Source: an uncultured Methanosarcinales archaeon (GTDB taxonomy: Archaea; Nanobdellota; Nanobdellia; Woesearchaeales; CAZJJJ01). From it: a stretch of DNA of 38,909 nt. Positions 25,062-33,799 of the stretch are shown in pieces; position 1 is the stretch's first letter; each line of letters opens with the position of its first letter. The stretch is from contig CAZTTX010000001.1 of assembly GCA_964616085.1 (NCBI GenBank), positions 1 to 38,909 of the forward strand, read 5' to 3'. The translations under genes and the position numbers were made by a program. Below the pieces are notes generated by a model. It saw nothing but the letters and a program-made list of their open reading frames with translations, ran no database searches and had not been told where the DNA came from.

Positions 25062-25571
25062 TCAAGAGACGATGATCTCTCCTTCCATGCCCATTGCAGC
25101 ATGTTCACCGACTGAGCACTCGAAATCGAAATCACCGGCTTCATCGAACGTGTAGACGAAACTCTCTTCCTCACCACCAGTAATTATACTGGTGCCGACA
25201 TCGAGTTCAGGTATCACAAGATCATGCGTACCTCCCTCATTGATGAAGACGAACTCAATGGTCTCACCGACATCAACTTCAATGACATCAGGCTCGAAGT
25301 AATAGTTCCCGCCAGCCACTTCAATGACTCTTGGCTCTGCTTCCTCAAGTTGATCAGTATCGTCTTCGTCTACATGCTCATCAGTATCGGTGTAATCTTC
25401 TTCTGTCTCTCCGGCCTCTTCATCAGCCTCATCCTCAACGACATCCTCTATTACAGGCACTTCCTCTTCTATATCAAAATCTGCCTCTTCAATATCATAG
25501 TCAGAAGCACAAGCCCCTAGAACGAAGACCATTGCAAACAGCATGAACGCCAGATATGTTTTTTTTGCCAT
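25062..25571 (-). CDS. halocyanin/plastocyanin-like blue copper lipoprotein
   Basis: The internal ATG at 25571 gives MAKKTYLAFMLFAMVFVLGAC, a lipobox-like LGAC. A highly acidic linker follows. Cupredoxin ligands: GGTHDL ... C-SVGE-H-AAMG-M. TATA lies ~25 nt upstream. The longer track ORF would overlap rpl11. Confidence 0.8.
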   Translation of the reverse strand: MAKKTYLAFMLFAMVFVLGACASDYDIEEADFDIEEEVPVIEDVVEDEADEEAGETEEDYTDTDEHVDEDDTDQLEEAEPRVIEVAGGNYYFEPDVIEVDVGETIEFVFINEGGTHDLVIPELDVGTSIITGGEEESFVYTFDEAGDFDFECSVGEHAAMGMEGEIIVS

Positions 25572-25635
25572 GGGCGCAAAGAGAAGCAGCAATATAAAAA
25601 AGTATGCTTGAATATTAAAAAAAGAAAAAAAGGGC

Positions 25636-26340
25636 CTATTTGGCCTCTTCTTCCGGAACGAGCTCGTCAATTATGGTCATAGGGAACTCTTGCTCTTGCA
25701 ATCTCTTCCTTATATCCTTGTTTGACTTGCCCTTGAGCTGACCGATGATCTGCTTTGCATTCTCCACATACTCATCATGCCTTTCTTTCATCTCTTGCTC
25801 AAGGTGCTTCCTCTCCTCGTCAAGCTCTTTCTGCTCTGCAGCGGTGATCTCGGTCTTCTCAGCCTTGATCTCCTTGTCGAACTTTCCAGAATTGATCTCT
25901 TTGATAGTCTCTGAAGCGTGCTTGCCTTCCACAAGAACACCTATGGACTGACATGTGCCACAGATCTCTTTGACCTTCTGCTTGAGATCCTTACCAAGGA
26001 GGGCATCCTCTTTCATCTTCGCGATCTTGATGATCTGCTCAATCTTGAGGTCCGCAATGTGCTCTTCTTTCGGATTACCAGAGCCCTTCTTTATCCCTGC
26101 CTCGCTCTTCACCAGCGCAGAAGCAGGAGGAGTACCTATAGATATAGTGAACTCCTTCGTATCTGTATCGACAGAAACAGTCACAGGGACCTGCATCCCA
26201 GCAAAACTCTTGGTCTTCTCGTTGATAGAATTGACGACCTCGCCGATGTTCACCTTCAAAGGACCTAATGCGGGTCCTAGCGGCGGTGCAGCGGTAGCCT
26301 TACCACCTTGTATCATAACTTCTACTTTCTCTGTTGCCAT
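25636..26340 (-). CDS. rpl11: 50S ribosomal protein uL11 with ~75-aa charged C-terminal extension
   Basis: From the ATG at 26340: MATEKVEVMIQGGKATAAPPLGPALGPLKVNIGEVV..., a canonical uL11 N-terminus. GTPPASALVK and KIAKMK blocks are present. It is followed by a KE-rich tail ending IIDELVPEEEAK. Confidence 0.9.
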   Translation of the reverse strand: MATEKVEVMIQGGKATAAPPLGPALGPLKVNIGEVVNSINEKTKSFAGMQVPVTVSVDTDTKEFTISIGTPPASALVKSEAGIKKGSGNPKEEHIADLKIEQIIKIAKMKEDALLGKDLKQKVKEICGTCQSIGVLVEGKHASETIKEINSGKFDKEIKAEKTEITAAEQKELDEERKHLEQEMKERHDEYVENAKQIIGQLKGKSNKDIRKRLQEQEFPMTIIDELVPEEEAK

Positions 26341-26419
26341 ATTATCACTCTCCACATTCAAGTGTTGGATACCTGGTGTTCCTCAATGAGAACGCACCAA
26401 GCGACCAGTTATCAGGATA

Positions 26420-26917
26420 TCATTCCTCTGCTTCTTCTTCTCCATCACGTCTTATGACCTTGATGGAGTCCACGCTCAGTGTTATAGGGATAGGCACAGC
26501 AGAGTCCAAGAGCTCCACAACGACCTCTTCCTTCGTTGGGTCGATACGTGTGATCTTGACCTTCTCACGCTTGAATGGTCCTGATATGATCTCTGCAATG
26601 TCGTTCTTCTGGACATTGACCTCTTTCTTGACCTGTTCAAGCATGTGCTCGATTTCCTTATAGTCCACAGGGGCAGGAAGCACACCACGCGCATATGGTA
26701 CATTGTATGCCGCCTGTTCAGCATCGTATTTTGATGCGGCTTCCATGAAGATATAGCCGCGCATGCCATGAGGCCTGATCACTGCATACACAGGAAGTTT
26801 CTTCCTCTCTACATTGCTTCCAAGGAAATCCATTACCTGGTCTTCCCTGTTTGCTGTCGTCCTCAGCGCGAAAATCTTCGATTCTTCTTGCGAAACCTGT
26901 TCCTCATTTTCAGCCAT
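26420..26917 (-). CDS. spt5: transcription elongation factor Spt5 (NusG)
   Basis: NGN domain IFALRTTANREDQV...GYIFMEA. KOW motif IISGPFKREKVKITRID. Conserved secE-spt5-rpl11 gene order. ATG at 26917 (the track start is TTG). Confidence 0.9.
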   Translation of the reverse strand: MAENEEQVSQEESKIFALRTTANREDQVMDFLGSNVERKKLPVYAVIRPHGMRGYIFMEAASKYDAEQAAYNVPYARGVLPAPVDYKEIEHMLEQVKKEVNVQKNDIAEIISGPFKREKVKITRIDPTKEEVVVELLDSAVPIPITLSVDSIKVIRRDGEEEAEE

Positions 26918-26935
26918 GATAATCAACCCTTACGT

Positions 26936-27100
26936 TCAGAATAGGAATGTGGATACCATCTGGACCAAGAACCCGATAAGGCCAATCGCCAATATGCCAG
27001 CGCCCGAGACCTTCACTATCGCCTTGAACTCGTCTCCAGTGGGCTTCTTAGTTATCTTAAGCACCCTGATGCATTCGTTGAAAAAGTGTTTCACTCTCAT
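26936..27100 (-). CDS. secE: protein translocase subunit SecE (Sec61 gamma)
   Basis: 54-aa ORF not in the track: MRVKHFFNECIRVLKITKKPTGDEFKAIVKVSGAGILAIGLIGFLVQMVSTFLF. Position immediately upstream of spt5. TATA atttaaata at 27122-27130. Confidence 0.8.
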   Translation of the reverse strand: MRVKHFFNECIRVLKITKKPTGDEFKAIVKVSGAGILAIGLIGFLVQMVSTFLF

Positions 27101-27258
27101 GCTTTTTCCCATCCTCTTCTCATTTAAATAACTTCTCTCTTGGATTCAGGACTAGGGCCTGATTATTCCAAGAAGAACACTCAAGAGAATAGTGGATTAT
27201 TTAAAAATATTGCTATTAGTACAGAAAGACAACAATAAGAAAAAATAGAGAAAAAAGC

Positions 27259-28452
27259 TCAATCGACGAACTCGATCCCGAGCTCAGATTCAGCATCCTT
27301 CTTGCGCTTCTCGGTCAGACCACCACGCCCGAATATCTGAGAGCTCTTGACTCCAGTGACGATGATCATCACTCGGAGTGTGCTTGCCATATCCTCGGAG
27401 ATCTGAGCTCCCCAGATGACACGAGCATCCTCATCAAGCTTCTCTGAGACAACCTCTACAACACGCCTTGCTTCGTCCAAGGTCATGTCATTGCCACCAG
27501 ATACATTGATGAGAGCACCATTAGCTCCAGACACATCAACATCAAGCAGAGGATTGTTCAAGGCCTTCTCTACAGCCTCTTGAGCCCTGTTCTCTGTGTC
27601 AGATTCGCCTACACCGATCAGAGCAACGCCTCCATTGCCCATGACAGCCCTGATATCTGCGAAATCAAGGTTTACAAGGCCTGCTTTCGTGACAAGCTCA
27701 GCGATGCCTTTCACAGAATTTGTAAGGATCTCATCAGCCACCTTGAATGCAGTCTGCAATGGTAGGTCAGGAGCGAGTTCCAGAAGCTTGTCATTAGGTA
27801 TGACTATCAAGGTATCGACGATGTTCTCGAGCTTCTCGAGACCTATTATTGCGTTCTCGTACCTCCTGTGACCTTCCATAGTGAAAGGTATAGTTACAAT
27901 TGCTACAGTAAGAGCACCTGATTTCTTGGCAATCTCTGACACCACAGGCACAGCACCCGTACCTGTTCCACCACCAAGACCACAAGTGATGAATACCATA
28001 TCGGCTCCCGCAATAGATTGCTTTATCTCCTGCTCTTGCTCTCTTGATGCCTCTTCACCGACCTTAGGGATGCTTCCCGCACCAAGGCCTTTTGTGGTAT
28101 CCTTTCCTATCAGTATCTTCTTGTCAGCGTTAGTGTAAAGGAGATCCTGAGCATCAGTGTTTATCGCGACGGTCTCAGCACCGACAATACCCACATCAGA
28201 TATCCTATTGATGGTGTTGTTTCCTCCACCACCACAACCAACGACCTTTATCATGGCCTTCTGGCTGGAGAGCATATCCTCTAGCTCCTTATCAACCCCT
28301 CTGTTCGCTTCTCTTTGAGAAGCTGACTTCTGACCAGAATAATCATTCTGCTGGTACGAGGAGCCCGATGTCATCCTAGTATTCTCAGTATCCTGGCTTT
28401 CCTCGTCAACTCTATCTATAGTGTTCCTTATGAAACTATCCACATTCCCCAC
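27259..28452 (-). CDS. ftsZ: cell division GTPase FtsZ (paralog with ~65-aa N-terminal extension)
   Basis: GCGGGGNN, GLGAG, tubulin signature GGGTGTG, NTDAQ, VIPNDKL. C-terminal ELGIEFVD. The start is GTG at 28452, so the true start is uncertain; the next in-frame ATG is at 28377. Confidence 0.9.
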   Translation of the reverse strand: MGNVDSFIRNTIDRVDEESQDTENTRMTSGSSYQQNDYSGQKSASQREANRGVDKELEDMLSSQKAMIKVVGCGGGGNNTINRISDVGIVGAETVAINTDAQDLLYTNADKKILIGKDTTKGLGAGSIPKVGEEASREQEQEIKQSIAGADMVFITCGLGGGTGTGAVPVVSEIAKKSGALTVAIVTIPFTMEGHRRYENAIIGLEKLENIVDTLIVIPNDKLLELAPDLPLQTAFKVADEILTNSVKGIAELVTKAGLVNLDFADIRAVMGNGGVALIGVGESDTENRAQEAVEKALNNPLLDVDVSGANGALINVSGGNDMTLDEARRVVEVVSEKLDEDARVIWGAQISEDMASTLRVMIIVTGVKSSQIFGRGGLTEKRKKDAESELGIEFVD

Positions 28453-28657
28453 CTCTAGACCAAAAATGAATCATGATCCGAAGATACAGAACCATTTTAT
28501 GGCTTCACTCACAGTATCTTCTGCTAGTCCAAGAGTTCTCATTCTCATATTTAAATTTATATCTGCTCAAAAACATAGTTCTTCAGAACGCAGAATCCAT
28601 GCGACATCCGAGAGGCATAATGGCAGCATATTCGTGACCGTGCCGGGATAAAAATTG

Positions 28658-29380
28658 TTAATTTCCCTTGTCTTCAGCCTTTGTATCCTCAGTCTCATCA
28701 TCCGTCTCGGATGCATTCTTATCAGGCAGGAACTCTACCTCATCTACCGTGACGCATGACCTTATGAACTCAGATATCTTGGACGCGACATCCTCAGGCA
28801 TCTCAGGCAGACCCTTGAAAGTGATGCTAGCCTTCTTTCCATCAAGCTCTATGACATAATTGTCAGGCTTCATATTGAGCTTCATCGTCAGCACAGAAGA
28901 TATCTGCTCTCGGACATCATCGACCTTGTTGAGTATTTTTACGTCATACTCGAGCTCTTTTCCGGCCAAGGGGTGATTGAAGTCAACAATAGTCCTTCCT
29001 CCTGTTACGGTCCTGACGAAACCAATCGAGCCGTCTACATCAACCTGAAGGCCTGGCTGAGGATTGACATTATGCTTCTTGAACTTCGAAGTTGGGATGA
29101 GCTTCATAAGCTTAGGATCCTTCTTGCCGAAAGCCTCATCAGGAGGCACTTCTACCTTACCCTCGAAACCGAGTTCCTTGCCCACAAGAGCATCCTCAAG
29201 TCCCTTTATCACCATGGACTTTCCAAGGCATACAGTCACTGGACCATATGTGGCCTGTTCATTGAATATGCCGTTCTCTCTCGCGGCCTCTTTAGAGGTA
29301 GTGTCGAAGATATAGCCCTCAGATTTTACCCTTCCAGTGTACTCGATCTTGATGAAATCGCCTTCTTCAGCCTTTTCCAT
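28658..29380 (-). CDS. FKBP-type peptidyl-prolyl cis-trans isomerase (long archaeal SlyD-like type)
   Basis: GDFIKIEYTGR...FDTT, VIKGLEDALVGKE, insert-in-flap segment, DFNHPLAGKELEYDVKI. The ATG at 29380 is preceded by TATA at 29403-29412. Confidence 0.85.
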   Translation of the reverse strand: MEKAEEGDFIKIEYTGRVKSEGYIFDTTSKEAARENGIFNEQATYGPVTVCLGKSMVIKGLEDALVGKELGFEGKVEVPPDEAFGKKDPKLMKLIPTSKFKKHNVNPQPGLQVDVDGSIGFVRTVTGGRTIVDFNHPLAGKELEYDVKILNKVDDVREQISSVLTMKLNMKPDNYVIELDGKKASITFKGLPEMPEDVASKISEFIRSCVTVDEVEFLPDKNASETDDETEDTKAEDKGN

Positions 29381-29501
29381 GAGCCCGAGAGAACCCACGT
29401 TGATATTTAAAACTTGCTCAAGCCTGCATCACTGCATCAAGGAAGACAAAGGAAGACACAAGAAAGTCAAATATATAAATGAAATGATGAACCATTGATA
29501 C

Positions 29502-30278
29502 ATGGCACGGATTATACTCTATAATATCCAATACTGCTATGGCTACAAGGGGTCATTCTGGGAGTACCTGAAGTTCTGGAAAATCATATTTCCCCCGAAA
29601 TATCTCGATTATGTGATGGCGAACGAGCTCAAGGCCTTCAAGCCCGACATCGTCGGCTTCATCGAGATCGACACAGGCTCAATCAGGACAAAGAAAGAGG
29701 ATAAGACAGTCTTCTTCAAGGAATTCCTGGAATTAGAGGATAAAGCAGAGAGGATAAAGTATACGAAACACGGTGTGTCGAAAATCGTTGGAAGCCTGCC
29801 TATAACCAGGAAGTTGGGCAATGCTGTGGTGTCAAGGCATGCCATAAGTGACGTCAAGTATCACGATCTCAACAAAGGCACGAAAAGGGTAGCCATAGAA
29901 TGCCTTATAGAGAAACCTGAAAAGTTCAGGGTGGTGCTGGTCCATCTTCCACTGGGAAAGAGAGCTAGGGCAGAACAGCTCAGAGAGCTGGGAGATATCG
30001 TCAACAAGATAGAAGAACCTGTAATACTCATGGGAGACTTCAACATATTCGATGGCCTCAAGGAGATAAGACCGCTCATGAGAAAGACGGGGCTCAAATA
30101 TCCGCCGGGAAGAAAAGTAATACATACCCAGCCGACAAGCAACCCGAGAAGGACATTGGATATCATCCTTGTCTCAGAAGAGATACAGGTGAAAGATTAC
30201 AAGGTGCTTGAAGATATGGAATTCTCCGACCACCTGCCTGTGCTCATGGATTTCGATATAATTCACAAGAAGAGATAA
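29502..30278 (+). CDS. endonuclease/exonuclease/phosphatase (EEP) family protein
   Basis: Blocks FIEIDTGS, VVLVHLPLG, VILMGDFNI, LDIILVS and SDHLPVLMDF are typical of the EEP fold. Confidence 0.8.
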   Translation: MARIILYNIQYCYGYKGSFWEYLKFWKIIFPPKYLDYVMANELKAFKPDIVGFIEIDTGSIRTKKEDKTVFFKEFLELEDKAERIKYTKHGVSKIVGSLPITRKLGNAVVSRHAISDVKYHDLNKGTKRVAIECLIEKPEKFRVVLVHLPLGKRARAEQLRELGDIVNKIEEPVILMGDFNIFDGLKEIRPLMRKTGLKYPPGRKVIHTQPTSNPRRTLDIILVSEEIQVKDYKVLEDMEFSDHLPVLMDFDIIHKKR

Positions 30279-30287
30279 AGAAGTATA

Positions 30288-31616
30288 TCAGAACACCCAT
30301 TTTCTACCATCAGACTCTATGAGCTTTACTGCCCCTTCTGGCACACTTCCATCCTCATAACTGACAGGTACAATATCCTCAGATATCATAGGTTGGACAA
30401 TACGCCAAGACTCGAGAATCTCCTCATTGGAAGGGAAGAGCGTCTTATCGCCTTGAAGCACTTTCTCGAGTATCTGCTCATAAGCTTCAGGCGTATTCAT
30501 CCTGAAGGTCTCCATATGGTTGAAATTGAATTTGACGGGATGCGCGCTCCAACTCTCATGAGGCTTCTTCACATTCATTGTGAAGTCTATCTTCATCTCT
30601 GGCTGGATCTCTATGGTCATCGAGTTAGGAGGTATGTCGGCACGCTTCTCAGTCTTTGTCATGAAGTTCTTGAACTGTATGTAGACCAATGAACGTGATG
30701 CAGGCTGCCTTTTGCCTGTGCGTATGTATATGGGTACACCGTCAAGCACACCACCCGATGCATGAAGCTTTAAGGCAGCATGGGTCGGAGCACAGGTCTC
30801 ATTCCCTGGGCAGGAAGCGTATCGACCTAGTGAGAAATCGTCTATGCCTCTGATTCTCTTAAGCGCAGCAAACTTCTCTCTTGAAATGTGCTGGAATACA
30901 AAATCGTCAGGCTCTTCCATCATAAGATGTGTCACGAGCTGCAGGATATGGTTCTGTACCATGTCTCGTACAACACCCACCTTGTTATAATAATCAGTGC
31001 GTTGTTCTATTCCATGCGACTCGTCCAGTATAATCTGCACATGATCTATATATCCAGAATTCCAGATTCCACTGATAATCTCATTTGTGAATCTCATGAT
31101 GAGCATGTTCTGTATAAGCTCCTTGCCCAGATAATGATCCACCCTGAATATGTCTGACTCTGCAAACATCTTCTTGATGTTAGTGTCGAATGCGGTAGCC
31201 GAAGCCGTGTCATAGCCGAAAGGCTTCTCAAGCACGATCTTAGGCCTTTCTGAGGAGGGAGAGACCTTCTCTAACTCTTCAATGATAGGCAATACCTTCT
31301 CGTAATATTCAGGAAGGACAGCCATATAGAACACTATCCTTGTCTCTTTGTTGGCATGCTCCAGCATCTTCTCACGCAGGGCGACCAGTTCATCTGAATC
31401 TAGGTCGAACCGCACAAAATCCATCCTATCACGCAGCTGCTCAGGAACATCCATTCCTGCAAAGAAGCTCTCGGCGTCAGGATATCTTCTTCCTAGGGCG
31501 ATGATACTGAAATCGAATCCTTTAGCAGCAAGCTCAGAATAAGCAGGGTAAAGCTTCTTCCGGGCCAGATCACCCGTTCCTCCGAACTGTATGAAAAGAG
31601 TCCTGTCCATGGTCAT
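30288..31616 (-). CDS. zwf: glucose-6-phosphate 1-dehydrogenase (classical Zwf type)
   Basis: FGGTGDLARKKLYPA (NADP-binding GxxGDLA), EKPFGYD, and RVDHYLGKE (the RIDHYLGKE active-site signature). Confidence 0.9.
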   Translation of the reverse strand: MTMDRTLFIQFGGTGDLARKKLYPAYSELAAKGFDFSIIALGRRYPDAESFFAGMDVPEQLRDRMDFVRFDLDSDELVALREKMLEHANKETRIVFYMAVLPEYYEKVLPIIEELEKVSPSSERPKIVLEKPFGYDTASATAFDTNIKKMFAESDIFRVDHYLGKELIQNMLIMRFTNEIISGIWNSGYIDHVQIILDESHGIEQRTDYYNKVGVVRDMVQNHILQLVTHLMMEEPDDFVFQHISREKFAALKRIRGIDDFSLGRYASCPGNETCAPTHAALKLHASGGVLDGVPIYIRTGKRQPASRSLVYIQFKNFMTKTEKRADIPPNSMTIEIQPEMKIDFTMNVKKPHESWSAHPVKFNFNHMETFRMNTPEAYEQILEKVLQGDKTLFPSNEEILESWRIVQPMISEDIVPVSYEDGSVPEGAVKLIESDGRKWVF

Positions 31617-31664
31617 CAATCAGGAGCAAGCATTGATTCATTCAAAAAAGTATCTTTTTACCCC

Positions 31665-32315
31665 TCAATCAATGTCTGTGATGACATGTAGCCCTTCGAA
31701 CTCATTGAAGAAAGCCGCTGGGCATTCCTCATAGTCGCCTTCCATGAACTTCTTGAAGGCCTCACGTTTCGCCTCACCAAAGAAGAGCAAGACAACCTCT
31801 GAATCAGTGTTGAATGCTTTGAATGTCATGCTATAGCGCTTTGGAGGCGGTTTCGGAGAATCTTCCATATAGACAACAGTATCCTCAGAATGGAGATGCT
31901 CAGATTCAGGATACATCGCTGCCACATGCCCATCTTCGCCCACACCTAGGACTATCATGTCGAACCGTGAAGGTACCGTCTTCCTGTACTCCTCAAGGTC
32001 AGCATCGACATCACCTTTCAATTCAGGGAAGACTAGCTGTTCCTCTGTGAGTTTCCCTCGGGATATGGCTCCATCAAAAAATGTCTTCCTCAGGGTGTCT
32101 TCGTTCTTCTCGCCTTCCGCTCTCTCATCCACGAGATGGAAGACGCATCTGGATAGCAGGTTAGCGCCAACATGCTCTAATCCCTTGAGCAATGGTACGA
32201 TGCTCCTTCCTCCAGGAAGGCCTATGTGGATCTTTTCCTTATCAGCCATGCCTTCAATGAGCATCCTGAAGAATACGCCTGACTCTTCAGGACTCGCAAC
32301 CTTATATTTCCTCAT
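31665..32315 (-). CDS. pgl: 6-phosphogluconolactonase
   Basis: IGLPGGRSIVPLL, HLVDER, VLGVGEDGHVAAMYP (Pgl/DevB/NagB family blocks). The ATG at 32315 is preceded by a GAGGTGA SD-like sequence. Confidence 0.85.
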   Translation of the reverse strand: MRKYKVASPEESGVFFRMLIEGMADKEKIHIGLPGGRSIVPLLKGLEHVGANLLSRCVFHLVDERAEGEKNEDTLRKTFFDGAISRGKLTEEQLVFPELKGDVDADLEEYRKTVPSRFDMIVLGVGEDGHVAAMYPESEHLHSEDTVVYMEDSPKPPPKRYSMTFKAFNTDSEVVLLFFGEAKREAFKKFMEGDYEECPAAFFNEFEGLHVITDID

Positions 32316-32339
32316 TATAATCACCTCTTTGAGAAGAGC

Positions 32340-33797
32340 TCAAGCATCATAATGTCCAGAGCTTGTATCTCCTCCTTCACCCGTCCAATCTGTATGGAAC
32401 CTTTCACCTCTTTCCTTGTCAAGCCTCTCATACGTATGGGCACCAAAGAAATCCCTTTGGGCCTGGATTAAGTTTGCAGGCAACCTAGAGCTCGTATAGG
32501 AATCCAGATATGCCAATGCAGAAGACATCGAAGGCACAGGGATACCAGACAAAACCGCATATGATACAGTATTCCTCAAGGAGACCTGCAAGGACCCTGC
32601 ATATGGCCTGAATTTCTCGGCAAGGAGAAGATTGGCCGATTTCTCATCTGAGAATGCTCGTGCGACATCATCAAGGAAGGAAGACCTTATTATACACCCT
32701 GCTCGCCATACCCTTGCGACCTCTGATAGGTCTATACCCCAGCCGTATGCCTCGGATGCCTTTGATATCAAGGCAAAGCCTTGTGCGTATGATAACAGCT
32801 TGGACAGGAAAAGCGCATCCTCCAACACTTCTAGCTTGGGTAATTCGGCCTGGCGTGTGCTTTTGCTTATCTTAGTGGATGCCTCCTTCCTCTCTTCCAC
32901 CAAGGACGATATGAACCTGGCATAGACAGACTCTGTTATGGTTGGAAGAGGCACTCCCTGATCCAAAGATTCCGCAGCAGTCCATCTTCCTGTCCCCTTC
33001 TGCCCTGCAGAATCGAGTATCCTGTCAATTATATATCCATCATCCTCTCTCTTAGATAGAATCTGGGATGTTATCCATATGAGATAGCTATCGAGCTTAC
33101 CCTTGTTCCATTCTGAAAATATGTCTGCCATCTGCTCGTTGTCCATCCCTGAAGACTTGAGGATATGGTATGTCTCAGCGATGAGCTGCATGTCACCATA
33201 CTCGATGCCATTATGCACCATCTTAACGAAATGCCCTGCACCTCCAGGACCCATGAATTCACAGCAAGGCTCAGTTCCCGCTCTTGCCGAGATAGCTTTC
33301 AGGATGCCTGAGACTTCTTCCCAGGCTTTCTTGGAACCGCCAGGCATTATGGATGGTCCATTGAGAGCACCTTCTTCGCCCCCAGATATCCCAGTACCAA
33401 TGTACAGCAGACCTTCACCCTCAAGCTCTCCATAACGCCGTTCTGTATCCTTATAATTAGAATTACCACCATCTATGAGTATATCCCCTTCCTCAAGGTG
33501 TGGCTTGAGGATAGATATTACGCTATCCACCGCATCTCCGGCCTTAACCATAAGGAGTATCTTCCGAGGCTTGGAGAGTGAAGCGACGAACTCTTTCACG
33601 TCCGTGAAACCAAAAATCTTTTTTCCCTTGGCTCTCCCTTCAGTGAATCTTGTGACCTTCTCAGCCGTCCTATTGTATACAGATACAGAGAAACCGTTCC
33701 TCTCAAGATTCATTATCAGATTCTCTCCCATAACTGCCAAGCCTATGACGCCCATGTCATTATCTCCCACCACTGCATCACCATCCTTATGTATCAT
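32340..33797 (-). CDS. gnd: 6-phosphogluconate dehydrogenase, decarboxylating
   Basis: GVIGLAVMGENLIMNLERNGF, IDGGNS, GISGGEEGALNGPSIMPGG, GHFVKMVHNGIEYGDMQLIAE. The ATG at 33797 lies 2 nt after the thermosome stop (the track start at 33803 is TTG). Confidence 0.92.
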   Translation of the reverse strand: MIHKDGDAVVGDNDMGVIGLAVMGENLIMNLERNGFSVSVYNRTAEKVTRFTEGRAKGKKIFGFTDVKEFVASLSKPRKILLMVKAGDAVDSVISILKPHLEEGDILIDGGNSNYKDTERRYGELEGEGLLYIGTGISGGEEGALNGPSIMPGGSKKAWEEVSGILKAISARAGTEPCCEFMGPGGAGHFVKMVHNGIEYGDMQLIAETYHILKSSGMDNEQMADIFSEWNKGKLDSYLIWITSQILSKREDDGYIIDRILDSAGQKGTGRWTAAESLDQGVPLPTITESVYARFISSLVEERKEASTKISKSTRQAELPKLEVLEDALFLSKLLSYAQGFALISKASEAYGWGIDLSEVARVWRAGCIIRSSFLDDVARAFSDEKSANLLLAEKFRPYAGSLQVSLRNTVSYAVLSGIPVPSMSSALAYLDSYTSSRLPANLIQAQRDFFGAHTYERLDKERGERFHTDWTGEGGDTSSGHYDA

Positions 33798-33799
33798 AA

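Noticed and set aside
25572-25670. N-terminal 33 aa of the 202-aa track ORF (halocyanin-like)
   Set aside because: It would overlap the 3' end of rpl11 and place a Phe/Lys-rich peptide ahead of a normal lipoprotein signal. The internal ATG has its own TATA box.
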